The notes under the pieces are model-generated. The model was not told where the DNA came from, did no database searches, and was given only the letters and a program-made list of their open reading frames with translations. A DNA stretch of 64,000 nucleotides from Eledone cirrhosa (lineage: Eukaryota). Below, one piece after another: positions 12,386 through 27,433 of this stretch. The position numbers and the translations under genes were made by a program. Each line of letters opens with the position of its first letter. The first letter of the stretch is position 1. Location: positions 175,026,001 to 175,090,000 of the forward strand of contig OZ024740.1 in the NCBI GenBank assembly GCA_964016885.1, read 5' to 3'.

Positions 12386-12859
12386 ACTTGAAGTTTATAT
12401 TGGTGAGACATTCCGATCAAAATATGAATTTATTTTATGCTTATCATATTTTTCTGCGGTGAATAAATATTACCTCCATTAATAACAAGTTATTTTAATG
12501 GCTAATACCTCGATCGTCCAGTTTTACTAGAGGAACCGAGGATGATAAAATGCATTGAGCATATCTCATTTTAGCGAAAAAAATAGTGAAGTACTACAAT
12601 ATAACCTCATACATATATATAGAGAGAGAGAAAGAGAAAGAGAAAGGGGGAGAGAGAGAGAGAGAGAGGAAACCAACTCGTTCATGAGTAGGGCCACTTC
12701 TTAGAATATAAATTTAAAAAATTAAAAAACACATCAGCAAAAATGTGTTATTGATGTTGCTGTCGCTGATGTCACCTTAAATGGCTCATCAAAGCAAGAG
12801 GTGATTTATATGTCAAACCACCCAGTGTGCGGGTAAGTTACCCACCTGTTTCAGTTTGA

Positions 12860-14910
12860 TTGGCGTGGCATGCTTTGTGGTGCCGTGTTAGCCCACTTGC
12901 AGAGTGACACACTTTGGTACAGCTGCCACATACAAAATCAAGCTATTAGTTCCACGAATTTGACGTCTACTATGGCTTAGTAACCCAGCCTTTTACCTGA
13001 TACACGTCTGTGTCCCTCACAGGTAACAGTCTCTATCGAACCCCATTCTTGGAGCCGAATAATATACACCATATATTTAGCTGCTCGCTTCACTTCGGCA
13101 TAGGACCTCATCTTCTTTTTAAATTCCTTAACACCAGTAGCAATCAGATTTTGCAAGATTTTCACATGTTTTGGTGTTGATGTTGACTTTCAGGTAGTTT
13201 TAAAGCGCTCATGCTGCTAGCAGTACAGGCGTTTGCCTTGCAACAGTTCTCCATACAATACTTGTTTGCGGATTCTGTTGTCCTCTAGGCGTACCATGTG
13301 ACCTGACCATTGGAGACGCTGTTTCATGATCATGATCTCGATGCTTGGCAGACAGGCCCACTGCAGCACATTGGTATCTGGGGCATGAAACCTCCATGAG
13401 ATCTTGAGAACAGAGCGCAAGCATTGTTAGAGGAAACGTTTGTAGCACTGGACATTCCCACAGTATGCTGTCCATGTCTCACATCAATACAGCAAGACTG
13501 TAAGCACACATGCTCGATGTACGCACACTGATAAATGACTGTGACCACAGGCGCTTCTCCAGCTTACCAAAAGCATCGGCTTTAGACACCCGGTAGTTTA
13601 CCTCTTCATCAAGGGTGCTGGTTCTAGAGAGAGTACTACCCAGCTAAACTGACTTAATCACAACCTTCAACCTTTGACATATATAGATGATGGAATATAT
13701 GTCTTTCTGGGTGCATGCTGGTACATCATTACTGTCTATTTTAGGCTGATTGTCAGCCTAAATTGATCAAATGCTTCCTAGAAGCAATCAACCAGAAATT
13801 GAAGGTTTTCTTCCGTGTGGCTAAAAAACCACAATCATCTGCGTAAAGAAGTTCACGTATCAGTGCAATATGTGTTTTTGATGCAGCAAGAAATCGCAGG
13901 ATGTTAATGAGCCTTCCTGTTGTTCGATAACTTATATATATATGTTGCCAACATCGGTGTTGGTGAGTGTTTTTAACAAATCAACTGCAAAGAGGCAAAC
14001 AAAGTCAGAGCTAACAAGTCACCCTCTTCCATGCCTGTTTTCACTGAAAAAGGTTCTATGAGCTCACCATTGAGGCAAACCCACGCTCTCGTGTTATTAT
14101 GCAATGAGTGTATAAGCCCCATAAACTTCTTAGGGCAAACCAGCTTCAAGATTATGCTCCAGAAGGATTGGGCGATCAATAAAACAATTGAACAGATGAA
14201 GCTGTTGTTTCTTACACTTCTCCTGCATTGGCGGGTAGTAAAGATATATGGCCCTGATATGGACGGAAACCACACTGAGATTACAGTACAATGTGCATCA
14301 GCAGACGATTAAGGAGAATCCCCGCAAAGTTTTTACCAACAACTGATAGTGAAGAGATCCCACAGTAGTTTTCACAAACATCTTTCACAGTCCTGTGGGA
14401 CTGCATTCTTCAACCATGCCTGGTGGTATATGTTATGCAAAAGATTGCTTATTTTTGAACCACCTTGTTGCACTATTTCAGTCACTATACTATCTTTCCT
14501 AGGTATTTTGCCAGTGTCCATTTGTCTCATTGCAGTCTGAACCCCTTCCAATATGGAAGGATCATCTAGCTTGTTATTGACGGGAGTCTTCTCTGTGGCC
14601 TCAATCACATCGGGATAAACGAAAGATGCGTATCTTAGGAGGTCATTAAACTGTTTGCGCAACCTGGCCTTATTTCACCAGGCTTACACAACGCTTTGTT
14701 TCCATTCTTTGACCACAGTGGGGCAAAAACTGTGCTGAGTGGATCATATACTGTGCACAGTTCTGATATAATTTAGCATCTCGTCTTTCTGCCGAGGTTT
14801 GTATGTGATGCGCTTCATCGCACCATCTTTTGCTGTTCGGAGTTTGCGCTGCACCCACGCCTTACACTCGTCAAAAGCCTTCTCCAGCTTATACAAAATA
14901 CTCTAAAAAG
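12860..14910 (-). mobile_element. Degenerate RTE-BovB-like LINE
   Basis: RLQWSGHMVRLEDNRIRKQVLYGEL; RELLYADD-like segment; C-terminal FVCGSCTKVCHSASGLTRHHKAC zinc finger. Confidence 0.85.
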
Positions 14911-15345
14911 AGATTGATATGGCCAGCATTTCTAGTGACATTTTAGACAGGTCACTTTGTCCATATGTACAAATATTTACCTTGTTGTTATATCTACACA
15001 CGTATGCAATATTATTATTATTATTTTATTGCACCATGTTGATTCGATGAGAGATGAACACAATTGCTCCCAATAGGTATTTATATTTTTCTTATACCTT
15101 ACATAATTAACAGTTTTGTTAACGATGGCCATATCAATGTATTGGAATGGTCAGACTTATTCTTTAGTTTAGAAACTGCAGTCGGGGAAAAGATGCTTGT
15201 GAAGTGTTCGTTTTAGAGTACTTGACTGGGATCTACCCATCAGGGATTTTTTATAACATGTTCTATATACATTTACTTCTCTGAATGAAATCTTTTTACC
15301 GATCTCTTTTTATTGAGATGTTATGTATATTCGTGACGAATTAAG

Positions 15346-15649
15346 GTAAAGCCACTACTTCTCCGAATTGAGAGATCACAGCTCCGATATTATGAGCATG
15401 GGGTTAGAATGTCTCAGGAAAGAATTGCTGGACAGATATTACGGGCGAAACCAACAGGTAGGAGACCCAGGTGTAGACCCCGAGCAACATGTTTGGATAA
15501 CATCCATGAGCTTGGCTGGTCTTGCTTGGGGATCCAGACGGATCAGTTGGAGACAGTTGCTTCTGACAGGACCCGCAGGAAGGAGTGTTTAAGGACTCAG
15601 CCCCCACGACCCTCTCGGGAATAAGTGGGTAAAAAAAAAGAAAAAGATA

Positions 15650-15660
<11 letters not shown>
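15346..15660 (+). mobile_element. Rex3/Expander-like RTE 3' end
   Basis: LLRIERSQLRYY...RMSQERI...GRRPRCRPRA..LDNI...PPRP*. Confidence 0.85.
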
Positions 15661-15769
<109 letters not shown>

Positions 15770-16029
15770 ATACAAATCTTCCAGGTATCCCTCTATTTCC
15801 CAATTGCAAATGTTCCGCTCACACAATTATTGCTGTATTTATCATTTCACTAGTTTCCACAACACATTTATTTTTACCCTCATTTTCTTCTCCCATGCTG
15901 TCTCTCTACGAAGTCACCTACTCTCTTCCTCTCTCTTACACTATTATTAGTGTTGTATTTATCATTTCTCTGTCCCTACGAAGTCATCTACTCCTATCGG
16001 TTTATTTTGCCATGAGATGCTATAGGCCA

Positions 16030-19000
16030 TGATGGCTACCTACCTCACAATTTCCCTCACACCACCATAGCCTATTCGACCAATCAAACCTCAGCATGTC
16101 CCCCCCCACCCATTACCAACCCCAACAAACCCTGCCATTTCTACTACTACCTACCTCTCTCCTCTCACTCGTCCAAGCCCCAACACACCCTGCCATTATT
16201 ACCACCACCACTGTTCTTCTAGCCCTGAATTTTCCTACCATTATGTATGGATGAGCTGAGAATAAATGGAGCAACTCCGAATTAATAAATGAAAATGAAT
16301 ATGAATCCGCGAGCGACCAAGCACCCATGTGAAGCTTCAATTCAGAGACAGGAAGCACACGCACACCCCTCAAAAATTGACCCTTCCCCACGAACTTTGA
16401 CAAATGCCCAAAACTCTGAGTTGGTACCATCAATGTAAGCACAATAAAAAGAAGAGCACGAGAAATTGTAGAGATGCTAGAGCGAAAGGAAATAGATGTA
16501 TGCTGTGTGCAAGAGACTAGATGGAGAGGAGAGTCTGCTAGAGTCCTTGTAGGAAAAAGTCAGTGCTACAAATTTTTCTGAGTGGGAAATGACAATGGGA
16601 TGGGTAGTGTAGGTATCCTACTAGCTGACAAGTGAGTAGATAAAGTAATCTCAGTGAACAGGGTGAATGCAAGAATCATTAAACTCAGACAAGTCCTGAA
16701 TAAAACAATTACCACAATAATATCAGCTTACGCACCCCAATCGGGGTTGCCAGACGAAGTTAAGGATAGGTTTTACGAGTCTCTAATGCACACTACTGCT
16801 CTAACAAACAACAATGACTTCCTAATCATTGCAGGAGATTTTAACGGACACATAGGTAAACACTGTGACGGCTTCTATAGAGTCCATGGAAGCCATGGGG
16901 TTGGCACAAAAAATGAATTCTGCGACGCCAATAACATGTCGATATGTAACACAAACTTCAAAAAACCCGAGAACCACCTGATCACCTATAGATCAGGGGA
17001 GCATTCTAGTCAGATAGATTTTATCCTCATCAGAGGACGTGACAGATGGATGGTCGTAAACACAAAAGCCTTCCCTAGTGATGAATGTACCTCCCAACAT
17101 AGCTTAGTTGTCAGCAACCTCACGGTCAGAACTAGATGAACCTGGAAACAGAAGCCAACCTGGAGAAGAAAGATCTGGAAGCTGAAAGACCCCTCAGCCA
17201 GTAACAGATTTAAAGATATTTTACTCAACGCCTACGACAGTAAAGAAGAACAGATAGAGACATTCAATATAGAAGAGCACTGGGAGTTCCTAAAAAATAA
17301 CTTACTAGAGGCGACGGATGAGATCTGTGGCTGAAGTAAGACCACAGGCAGAAGGAGAGTGACTTGGTGGTGGAACAATAAGGTAGATGAATCAGTTAAG
17401 GCCAAGAGACAGGCATGGAAAGAATGGAAGAACGGGGGAAGCAGGGTACATTATATAGAGACCAGGATGGAAGCTAGGCGACAATTATACTTAGCTAGGA
17501 GGGAAGCATAGGATAGAAAATTCAAGTATGCACCACTGATGCCCTCTTCCTTCTGAGGCAATTACAGGAAAAGTACCTAGCTAAAAGTAAGCCACTCTAC
17601 CTGGCATTCATCGATCTCGAGAAAGCCTTTGACAGAGTTCCCAGTGCTATAATCTGGTGGGCTCTTAGAAAACTAGGAGTAGATGAATGGCTTGTGAAAG
17701 CTGTACAAGCCATGTATAGGGGAACAGTCAGCAAAGTTTGGATTAGCAATGAGTATAGCGAGGAATTTAGCGTACAGGTCGGTGCCCACCAGGGCTTTGT
17801 TCTTAGCCCTCTCCTGTTGTTCATAGTCCTGCAGGCAATAACAGAGGAGTTTAAGACCGGATGCCCATGGGAACTCCTGTATGCAGATAACATCGCACTT
17901 ATAGCTGAATCTATGGTAGAACTAGAGAAGAAATTCCAAACTTGGAAGCAGGGACTAGAAAGAAAGGGTCTCAAAGTCAACCTGACAAAGACTAAGGTCC
18001 CTGTAAGTACTCGAGAAAACAGAACCCAGATCCGCTCAGGGAAATGGCCTTGCTCAGTATGTAGGAAAGGTGTAGGTATGAACTCCATTCTCTGCCCCAA
18101 ATGCAAACAATGGGTACACAAGAGATGCAGCGGGATCTCAGGAAGCTTAACTAAGAATGTAGGCTTCACGTGTAGCAGCTGTGCTGGGACAGCAAGCAGC
18201 AAACAGCCACAGGAAACAAGTACCAACAATCTCTGGGAGGGCTCTGTAGAAACAGTAGACAGCTTCTCCTACCTAGGTGACCGAATTCGCAGCAGAGGTG
18301 GGTGTTCAGAAAGTACAATAACTAGGGTAAGAACGGGATGGAAGAAGTTTAGGGAGCTACTTCCACTGCTAGCTGCAAAAGGCTTTTCCCTCAGAATGAA
18401 AGGCAGACTGTATTATACGTGTATATGAACAGCAATGTTACATGGTAGTGAGACCTGGGCACTGAATGTGGAAGACTTGCGTAGATTAGAAAGAAACAAA
18501 GCCTGCATGCTCCGATGGATGTGTAATAGTAATATACGCGAACGGCAAAGCATAAATGAATTGAGAGAGAGACTGAGCATAAGAGGAATCAAATGCTGTG
18601 TGCAGGAGAGGAGGTTGCATTGGTATGGACGTGTGATGCGTATGAAGGATGATAGCTGCATAAAAAGCACTAGAAGTCGATGGAAGCCGCAGAGTGGGGA
18701 GACCCAAGAAGACCTGGGATGAGGTGATAAAGGCCGACCTAACCCAATTACACCACTCAAAGGCGATGATACACAACTGTGACCTCTGGCATCACGCAGA
18801 AATACAGAATACCCGACCCCCACACGGGTACAAGCCGAAGCATATAGACAGTATGCCCCTCCTCCACTGCAAAGTGGTCGTGGAGGTGCCACAGCACAAA
18901 AAAGCACCCAGCCCACACTGTAAAGTGGACGTGTAGGCGCCACGGAAAAAAAGCACCCAGCACTCACTGTAAATGAGGTTGGTGTTAGGAAGGGCATCCA

Positions 19001-19140
19001 GCTGTAGAAATCAAGCCAAAATCAGTTCTCGTATGAGCAAGACAAGGTCAGCTGACCGGACACTGCCCACAACAGGACAACCCATCTAACCCATGCTAGC
19101 GTGGAAGAACGGACGTAAAACGGTGATGATGATGATGATA
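16030..19140 (+). mobile_element. Near full-length RTE LINE, subfamily B (APE + RT + PHD), internally deleted
   Basis: VGTINV..DVCCVQETRW, SAYAPQ, GDFNGH, IDFIL, QH endonuclease motifs; RT ORF 17694-18428; ~590-bp deletion at 17530 relative to the 54-57 kb copy; (ATG)n tail. Confidence 0.95.
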
Positions 19141-19332
19141 TATATATACATACACATACATACATATACACACACACACATACATACTTATATACATATG
19201 AGTGTGTGTGTGTGTGTGTGTTATACGCTCCATTATCCTATGCATGTTTTTTATAACACGGTATAAAACAGTTTATGGATTATTTCATAAAATCAGAATT
19301 GACCTTAATTTTATATTTCATTGTGGTCAAAA

Positions 19333-19526
19333 TAATAATTGTTTCTACTTTAGGCACAAGGCCAGCAATTACCCAGTGCATTACTGGTACTTTATTTTAT
19401 CGACCCCGTAAGGATGAAAGGCAAAGTCAACCTCGGCGGGATTTGAACTCAGATCGTAAAGGGACATAACTATGCCGGAAAGCATGGTGTCTGACCCTCC
19501 ACTGATACTGCCAATCCACCGCCCTT
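19333..19526 (-). mobile_element. SINE family 2
   Basis: Near-consensus reverse copy. Confidence 0.92.
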
Positions 19527-19641
19527 AATAATGAATAGTAATAATATATTAAGAGATGGCACATGGGCTAGTTATTAGGCTGTTACCTCTGAATTGTAAG
19601 GCTGTGGTTTTGATCCCTGAGCTAGGCAGTACATTATGTCC

Positions 19642-19854
19642 TTAACCCTTTAGCATTTACATTATTCTATATTTACTATTATATTTCCATTGTAAATAGT
19701 TTGTCTCACATAATATCGAATTTATGAGATTTTGATATTTATTTTGAGAACAATACCTTAACATTAGTATAAGTAGCCAGTTACAGCCGATTTGAACAGA
19801 AAGAGGTGAGAGAATTCTGGTCGGATATGGCCAGTTTAGATGCTAAAGTATTAA
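19642..19854. mobile_element. piggyBac-type MITE A (uninterrupted reference copy)
   Basis: TTAA-ccctttagcattta ... gatgctaaagta-TTAA. Confidence 0.85.
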
Positions 19855-20902
19855 GCAAAGCATTTCATTTTAAGTTACTCTAGTCCACTCAGCAGCTTGA
19901 AGTTAACATTGCAATTGACTAGTGTCCAGTCTAAAGTGGCCACTTGTACTTTTAACCAGTTAATATTATAAGAATAAAGTTTAGTCTGCTGAGTCTGTAC
20001 ATTTAAGAAAGTCTTTAATGACTTCAAGAAACTGAACCTCACAAAAAAACTAACAAAAAAAAAACAATAAAAAAAACCTGTCCATCAGTACAAGTATTGC
20101 ACTGCTAAAAGTAAATGTGGTGAAAGATCAGGCACTTTAGCTTACAGTGGACGAGACAACCTCCGTTGTCATAATGGAACACACCAGTCAATGCTCCACT
20201 TCCTCTGTTAAGACATGACACAGAGTAGAGAGGATCCTCTGTACCTGTTGAGTACCTGATAACTTCTCTAGTTTTGGTGCAAAAATAAAATGCACCCAGT
20301 GCACTATGTAAAGTGGTTGGTAATTGAATGGAGACAATATAGGATAGAGAGGACACTTCAGTCTGGCTGAACATATGACAACTTCTCTATTGTTGGTGCC
20401 ATAATAAAATGCACCTAAAACAATTCTGTGAATTGGTAGAGATGATGCCATGATAAAAAAAACAACAGTACACTATGTAAATAATAGGATGTATCGTGTT
20501 CAAATCCCACATGATCCACCTTGACTTTCATCCTTCAGGGTTCATAAAATCAAGACAAGTACAATTATTTTCTACCCACCACCCAAATATTTTGTTCTTG
20601 TGTCTATGTTAGAAACAATATAGTAGAGTACATTCAATGGTCATAAAATCAGTCATTAGTGAAACCCAGGGAAAATCAACATTTTTTTAAAAAAATTATA
20701 TTTCTATTTTAATGCATTGTTTTATTTGCTTGATATATGATGTTAGGTTACAACTTTCTATGTCCTGAGTTCAAATCCCACTGAGGTCAACCTTAGTCAA
20801 GTTCCGGGTGGAAATGGAGGGATATTGATTTAATTGCCTCATCCATGTCTTAACTTTGTTGCCTTAGTGTCTACATTACAAATCATGTATATTATTCTGT
20901 TT

Positions 20903-21273
20903 GAAGACCTGCAAACCCCTAAAAACCCAAACGGGGAGTACCATGAAAAAAAGTGTCGCAAAATGGGGAGAAATGAGGCAAAACGAGGAGATTTACATAA
21001 TTGTTTCTACTTTAGGCACAAGGCCAGCAATTAACCAGTGCATTACTGGTACTTTATTTTATCGACCCCGTAAGGATGAAAGGCAAAGTCAACCTCGACG
21101 GGATTTGAACTCAGATCGTAAAGGGACGTAACTATGCTGGAAAGCATGGCGTCCGACCCTCTACCGATACTGCCAAATGAAAGCTATACTAATTTTCACA
21201 AAAGAAGACATCTCTCACCCACCTCAAAGTAGGTGGGAGACCTCCTCTTCGGATGGGGAGAGTTGACATGTCT
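20903..21273. mobile_element. Possible hAT-like MITE carrying a SINE2 insertion
   Basis: Imperfect termini agacctgcaaac / gttgacatgtct. Confidence 0.4.
20997..21177 (-). mobile_element. SINE family 2
   Basis: Near-consensus reverse copy. Confidence 0.92.
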
Positions 21274-21948
21274 GTGCTTGTCCCACCACATGTTCAGGGG
21301 TCATACTTAAGTATGGATGCATAGAAATTGAAAAAATGTTATGATGATCCAAAAATTTATATATCAAAATAAGAACATTTATAAAGAGTGGAATTTCTAT
21401 GGGCCCTGGCTAATAATTATTTGTTTGTTGGTACCATGATAAATGTACCTAATACATAGTAAGGTGGTTAGTGATCCGAAGGGTATCCAGCTATGGAAAA
21501 CATCTCAAAATGGGTCGAGACAACTATTCAATGTATCAAAGGCACAGCAACATTTCTGGTGTTGGTGCCACAATAAACACACACAGTACATGCCGTAAAG
21601 TTATTAGTAATAGGAAGGGTACCCAGGCATAGAAAACTTGCCAAAGAGTAAAAATGACTCTTCGGTTGTGGCAAAGACATAACTTCCCTAGTGCTGGTGC
21701 CATGATTGCACAGCATTTTTCACTCTATAGAATGCAGAAACATATGTAGAGAGATGGGTCTCAACTCATCTGAGAGATCAGTAGCTCTGATTAAGTACTA
21801 ACTTGGTCTATTAAAACCCATCCAATCCTTGCTAGCAGAGTAACTGGACATTAAATGATGATGACATAATATAAAACAAACCTTACAAAAAATATCATAG
21901 CCAGCTCTGAAAAGGGACTTACACACTTTTATTACAATATTTGAAGCG

Positions 21949-22042
<94 letters not shown>

Positions 22043-22044
22043 TA

Positions 22045-22219
22045 TTAAAACATTTTGCTACCGTATTTCTAACAAAAGACTCTGCTCACGATTTTCAAAT
22101 AATTTTGAAAATTATCTAGAATTTGGATAGGATTTAATATCACTAATTTTTTAATCATTAAGTTGGTGTTTGAAGCATAACTTAAAGGTTTCAAGCAGTT
22201 TGGTATCAAAATGGGTTAA
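22045..22219. mobile_element. TTAA-flanked MITE B
   Basis: TTAA..cattttgctacc / ggtatcaaaatggg-TTAA; body similar to 48739-48993. Confidence 0.6.
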
Positions 22220-22283
22220 CCTTCATAATTTAATCTAAAAACATAATTAATTCATTATACATTACTCTCATTATTTCCATAGT

Positions 22284-22472
22284 CGGTGGATTGGCAGTAT
22301 CGGTAGAGAGTCTGACGCCATGTTTTCCAGCATAGTTACGTCCCTTTACGGACTGAGTTCAAATCCCGCCGAGGTTAACTTTGCCTTTCATCCTTTTGGG
22401 GTCGATAAAATAGAGAACCATTAATGTACTGGGTAATTGCTGGCCTTGTGCCAAAAGTAGAAACAATTATTT
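22284..22472 (+). mobile_element. SINE family 2
   Basis: Forward copy. Confidence 0.92.
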
Positions 22473-23394
22473 CCATAACTACATTATCTAATGTGCACTT
22501 CCTTTTCTATAAAACAGTAGAGCATTATTTGAGATTTGTTTGCTATTTCTTGCAGGTTAAGTGAGCAAATAGAAGCTAATTCACTGGCTTAGTGTGTAGT
22601 AAAAACAGTAGTTTTGATTGTCTAGCAGACCACGTGACTATGTAGAAGCTAGTTAGTATTGCATATAGTTTAAGTTAGTGAAAAGGAAGAGGCCTTAAAA
22701 AAAGAAACAAAGTATTCGTATGGGGAAGGTATGTAAACGTTTGGCTGTTAGCCTAACTCTCCTCTATGACTATTGTAGTGAAATAATGTACTACTCGGAC
22801 AAGATTTGAAATATTCAATATTATTTGCACAATTCTTTGGGAGGGGGAAGAAGCTTAGAACCTTACATTTTTTTTCATTTTTTTTGGCATGGGTAGAACA
22901 GGCCATCGTTGTTTGGTGTTATTACCCTCCGAGATGGGTCATGAATCAATTTTTGGCAAAGTTTCTATGGCTGAATGCCCTTTGTAATGCTCACCACTTA
23001 CAGAGTGTGCTGAATGCATTTTATTGTGGCATGAACTCTCAAGGAGTTGTCATACCCACTACATGATTAAATTCTACAATTCTATATTGTTTCCATTCCT
23101 TCTGCAACAACTGAATTTATTTTATCAGAGGATTGTCATATTCTAGACAAGACTAAAGAGTCCTTCACCCTATGTTCTCTCTATTTATTCAGTAAATATT
23201 TTATGGAATGTACTGTGGATATTTCCTAAAATATTCACTTCTGAAAAATAAGTCTCTACATCATCTGACAACATAACATTCCCCTCTGTTTATATTTCTA
23301 GTCATAACCCTTGTGACAAACACTATAGATAGCTTTTCTATTCTAATGACTATTCTTTTTATACCAAAACCTGGGCTACTCCTGAAGCTTCTGC

Positions 23395-24215
23395 TACCTA
23401 GGTGACCGAATTAGCAGCAGAGGTGGGTGTTCGGAAAGTACAATAACTAGGGTAAGAACGGGATGGAAGAAGTTCAGGGAGCTACTGCCACTGCTAGCTG
23501 CAAAAGGCTTTTCCCTCAAAATGAAAGGCAGACTGTATGATGCATGTATGTGAACAGCAATGTTACATGGTAGTGAGACCTGAGCGCTGTCTGTGGAAGA
23601 CTTGCGTAGATTAAAAAGAAACGAAGCTTGCATGCTTCGATGGATGTGTAATAGTAATATATGCGAACGGCAAAGCATAAACGAATTGAGAGAGGGACTG
23701 AGCATAAGCGGAATCAAATGCTGTGTGCAGGAGAGGAGGTTGCGTTGGTATAGGCATGTGACGCCTATGAAGGATGACAGCTGCATAAAAAGGTGCAGAG
23801 CACTAAAAGTCGATGGAAGCCGCGGAGTGGGGAGAGCCAAGAAGACCTGGGATGAGGTGATAAAAGCCGACCTTGCCCAATTGCACCTTTCGAGGGCTGA
23901 TGACACACAACCGTGACCTCTGGCATCACACAGTAATACAGAAGACCCGACTTCCCACGAGTACAAGCCGAAGCTGAAGCATATAGACAATATTCCACCA
24001 CCCCCTCCCACTGCAAAGTGGTCGTGGAGGTGCCATGGCAAAAAAGCATCCAACCCAGCTGTAGAAATCAAGCCAGAATCAGTTCCCGTATGAGCAAGAC
24101 AAGGTCAGCCAACTGGACACTGCCCACAACAGGACAACCCGTCTAACCCATGTTAGCATGGAAAAACGGACATAAAACGGTGATAATGATGATGATGATG
24201 ATGATGATGATGATG
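23395..24215 (+). mobile_element. 5'-truncated RTE LINE, subfamily B
   Basis: Starts at YLGDRISS; ORF 23593-23916; (ATG)n tail. Confidence 0.93.
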
Positions 24216-25437
24216 GCTTCATTTCATCTCATCCTAGCAGATGAACCTCAAATATCCACCTACTCTTCATTTCAGGTGACACGCATGACAGGCCTTAATT
24301 ACTGGGATTGACTCAAAATAGAATATTGTGTCCAATGCCGGTGTGAGCAGATTTTTTCAATGTGGGAAATATACCATCAGTGCTACTCAAATGAATTTAT
24401 CATCAATGCATCAAATAACCACGGTCATAAGAGAATCAGCTTAAATGCCTATGTATTTGTTCCAGCTCTCTTTGCTTTAAGGTCAAATACTGCTGAAGTT
24501 AATTTTGCCTTTCAGCCTTTCAGAGGTTGATAAATTAAAAAAAAAAGGTCCAGGAGTATTGAATTGGTGCAATTGTTAATGTATCAAATGAGATACTTTG
24601 TGTCATCTGAATTTATATCTTGCAATCTCACATAGTGTCAATGAAAAGTCTGATGGAAACGTAATTTCTTTAGTCCAATCTGAAAATCAACTTTTTTTTC
24701 TTTAAATGAACCAAGGCTGGGGACACCAAACTATATGCCCCATACAAAGATTGAACTCACAGAATATAATGATGTTGTGACACTCTTTCTTCACCTCAAA
24801 CACCCCAGCTCTCTTCAACATTACCAAAATAAATAAAAAAAGAAAAATATCATAAGCTTCAAATGGTACCTAGATAAATTCCTTTAAGAAATACCATTAA
24901 TCTAAAAAAATAAATGACTTGGTCTTTCATGACCTGTCAACCCTTGTTAGCAGGAAAATGGATATAAAATGATGTCATACAAAATAATATAAAACAAAAT
25001 TTACAAAAAATATCATAGCCAGCTCTTAAGAGGAAACTGTATAGAGGGAATTTAACACTTAAATTACCATATTTGAAAATGTTATACATTAAAACATTTT
25101 GCTGCCATATTTATACAGACACAGTCACCCGACCCAACTTGCCTCTAATGGGACAAACCTGCCTAACCCATGCTAGCATGGAAAATAGACGTTAAACGAT
25201 GATGATTTCTAATTAAAAAAACTATAAATTACCAAAATAATCAATCATTATAAACAACAGTAGAGGAAATCAGGTAAAGTATCCTTCTGGACAGGCATGC
25301 CAGTGAGGAATCAAATCTTGCATCTCTCAAATGATGGATGAGAGCATTAACCACTCTGCTCAAGAGGTAATACTTGCCACCAATTCAGTCTTTTCAGAAG
25401 ATTTAAAGCCAGTAGCTAGAAGTGTAAACCAAACAGT

Positions 25438-25546
<109 letters not shown>

Positions 25547-26739
25547 CAGATGTATATATTTATATGCATACATGAATAGACTGTTCTTTTGTCAACACTA
25601 ACTTTAAGATTATATACACTGGCCACCACAAAGGAATTATGTACAACAAAATCTTAAGTGAATCTTTTATGCTCCATAGCAACACTAGAATCAGGAAGAA
25701 GAGTTGCTGGTATTAATAAACAGTAACAAGGGAGGTGGAGTAGTGATAAGAGGACAGTAATGAAATAAAAAAAAAAATAATGGTCAAAAAAGAAATATGA
25801 AAAAAAAAGATAAAAACAAAATTAAGAAGAAAAAAAGAAAGAATTACAGAACAAAAGCAAATGGCAAATAAAGATGATACTTAAATATTTAAATAAAAAA
25901 ACTTAATACATGAAGAAGTGGGATAGGGGATGATATCAAAACATAAACAATGAGAGAAAGTTGACAAAAATAAAATTAAAATTATACCAGATTACATAAC
26001 TAATTCTACAAAAATGTGTATTACAACTGTGAAGCTATTCCAGTGTCTCAAAAGCCAGGAGTTTCAATCGTGCTTAAAGGCAACATGCTGTGCAGTGAAA
26101 TCAAACTATGGACTTTATGATTGAAAAGCAAACTTGTAACCATCTGGCCATGCTGTGTGTGTGTGAGAGAGAGTACACGTGTGTGTGTGTGAGAGAGAGA
26201 GAGTACATGTGTGTGTGTGTGTGTGTGTGTACACACACACACATACATACAGGCAAATTAAAAGATGAAGATTGAATTAGAACAATAAATGCATGCAAAT
26301 CTCAGTGCATTTACTTTTAAGATGGTGTCTTTACAAAATGAAAAATGTCAGCTTATCTATTTGCAGCAGCCTTGTACTAATCTTTATGAATAAACAGAAA
26401 AGCTGCCGTCTGATTGCATCTATTAGTTGATTTCAGGTTGCTATGATGATGCAGAGACAATTTTATTGTTATGGTTTTGTTTTGGTTGATTTTATGTAGA
26501 CTGCATGAAAAGGGCAAATAAACTGAATGCTATTTCAAGTGTGTGTGTGGGGGGGGGGGGGGGGGGGGCATAAGTTGTCAAGTCACCAAAGGAGTGAAAA
26601 TATTGTTGTCCTTCCCAATCGAAGCATTCTCTATTGATTTCTGTAACAGCGATACTGCAAAACACTTGACAGGAATGGAGACATAACAGATCAATAATTT
26701 TTTTTATTAAAAGCATTAACAAATGAAATATATACACAT

Positions 26740-26772
<33 letters not shown>

Positions 26773-26834
26773 AACCCATGCAAGCGTGGAACATGGACGT
26801 TAAACGATGATGATATATATATATATCAGAGAGA

Positions 26835-26911
<77 letters not shown>

Positions 26912-26986
26912 ACACACACACACACATGTATAATCATCACCATCATTTAATATCCATTTTCCTTGCTAGCAAGGATATACATATAG

Positions 26987-27117
26987 TGTTTCTGAAGAAG
27001 ACGACTGATCAAATAGGAATTTCAAGACTAGAAATAGGTCGTAACCTAACCGCTACAGTGCTAGTCAATACATTGATCCTCCACAATCAAAGGACCCTCT
27101 GAAACAATCGTAAAACA
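26987..27117 (+). ncRNA. Type I minimal hammerhead ribozyme with long stem II insert (Penelope pLTR-type)
   Basis: tgttt-CTGAAGA-aga..~100 nt..tct-GAAAC-aatc-GTA-aaaca; stem I tgttt/aaaca. Confidence 0.75.
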
Positions 27118-27353
27118 ATGAACTAATTAACTATCTACCTCTGACTTCTGCCTTGTTTTCATTGCTCTAAACACAAACACATATATTCAAATGACTCTAT
27201 AACCTGGATGGATTCATCTTTGAGGAGACATTAAGCGGTGGTCACCTACTATAAAAACTACTAGTCACACTGCTTAATCTCACTGCATTAATCTTTCCAA
27301 GGACACATTGAGTTCTAACAATGTTATTAACCCCACCACAACCAGGTGGAATA

Positions 27354-27429
<76 letters not shown>

Positions 27430-27433
<4 letters not shown>
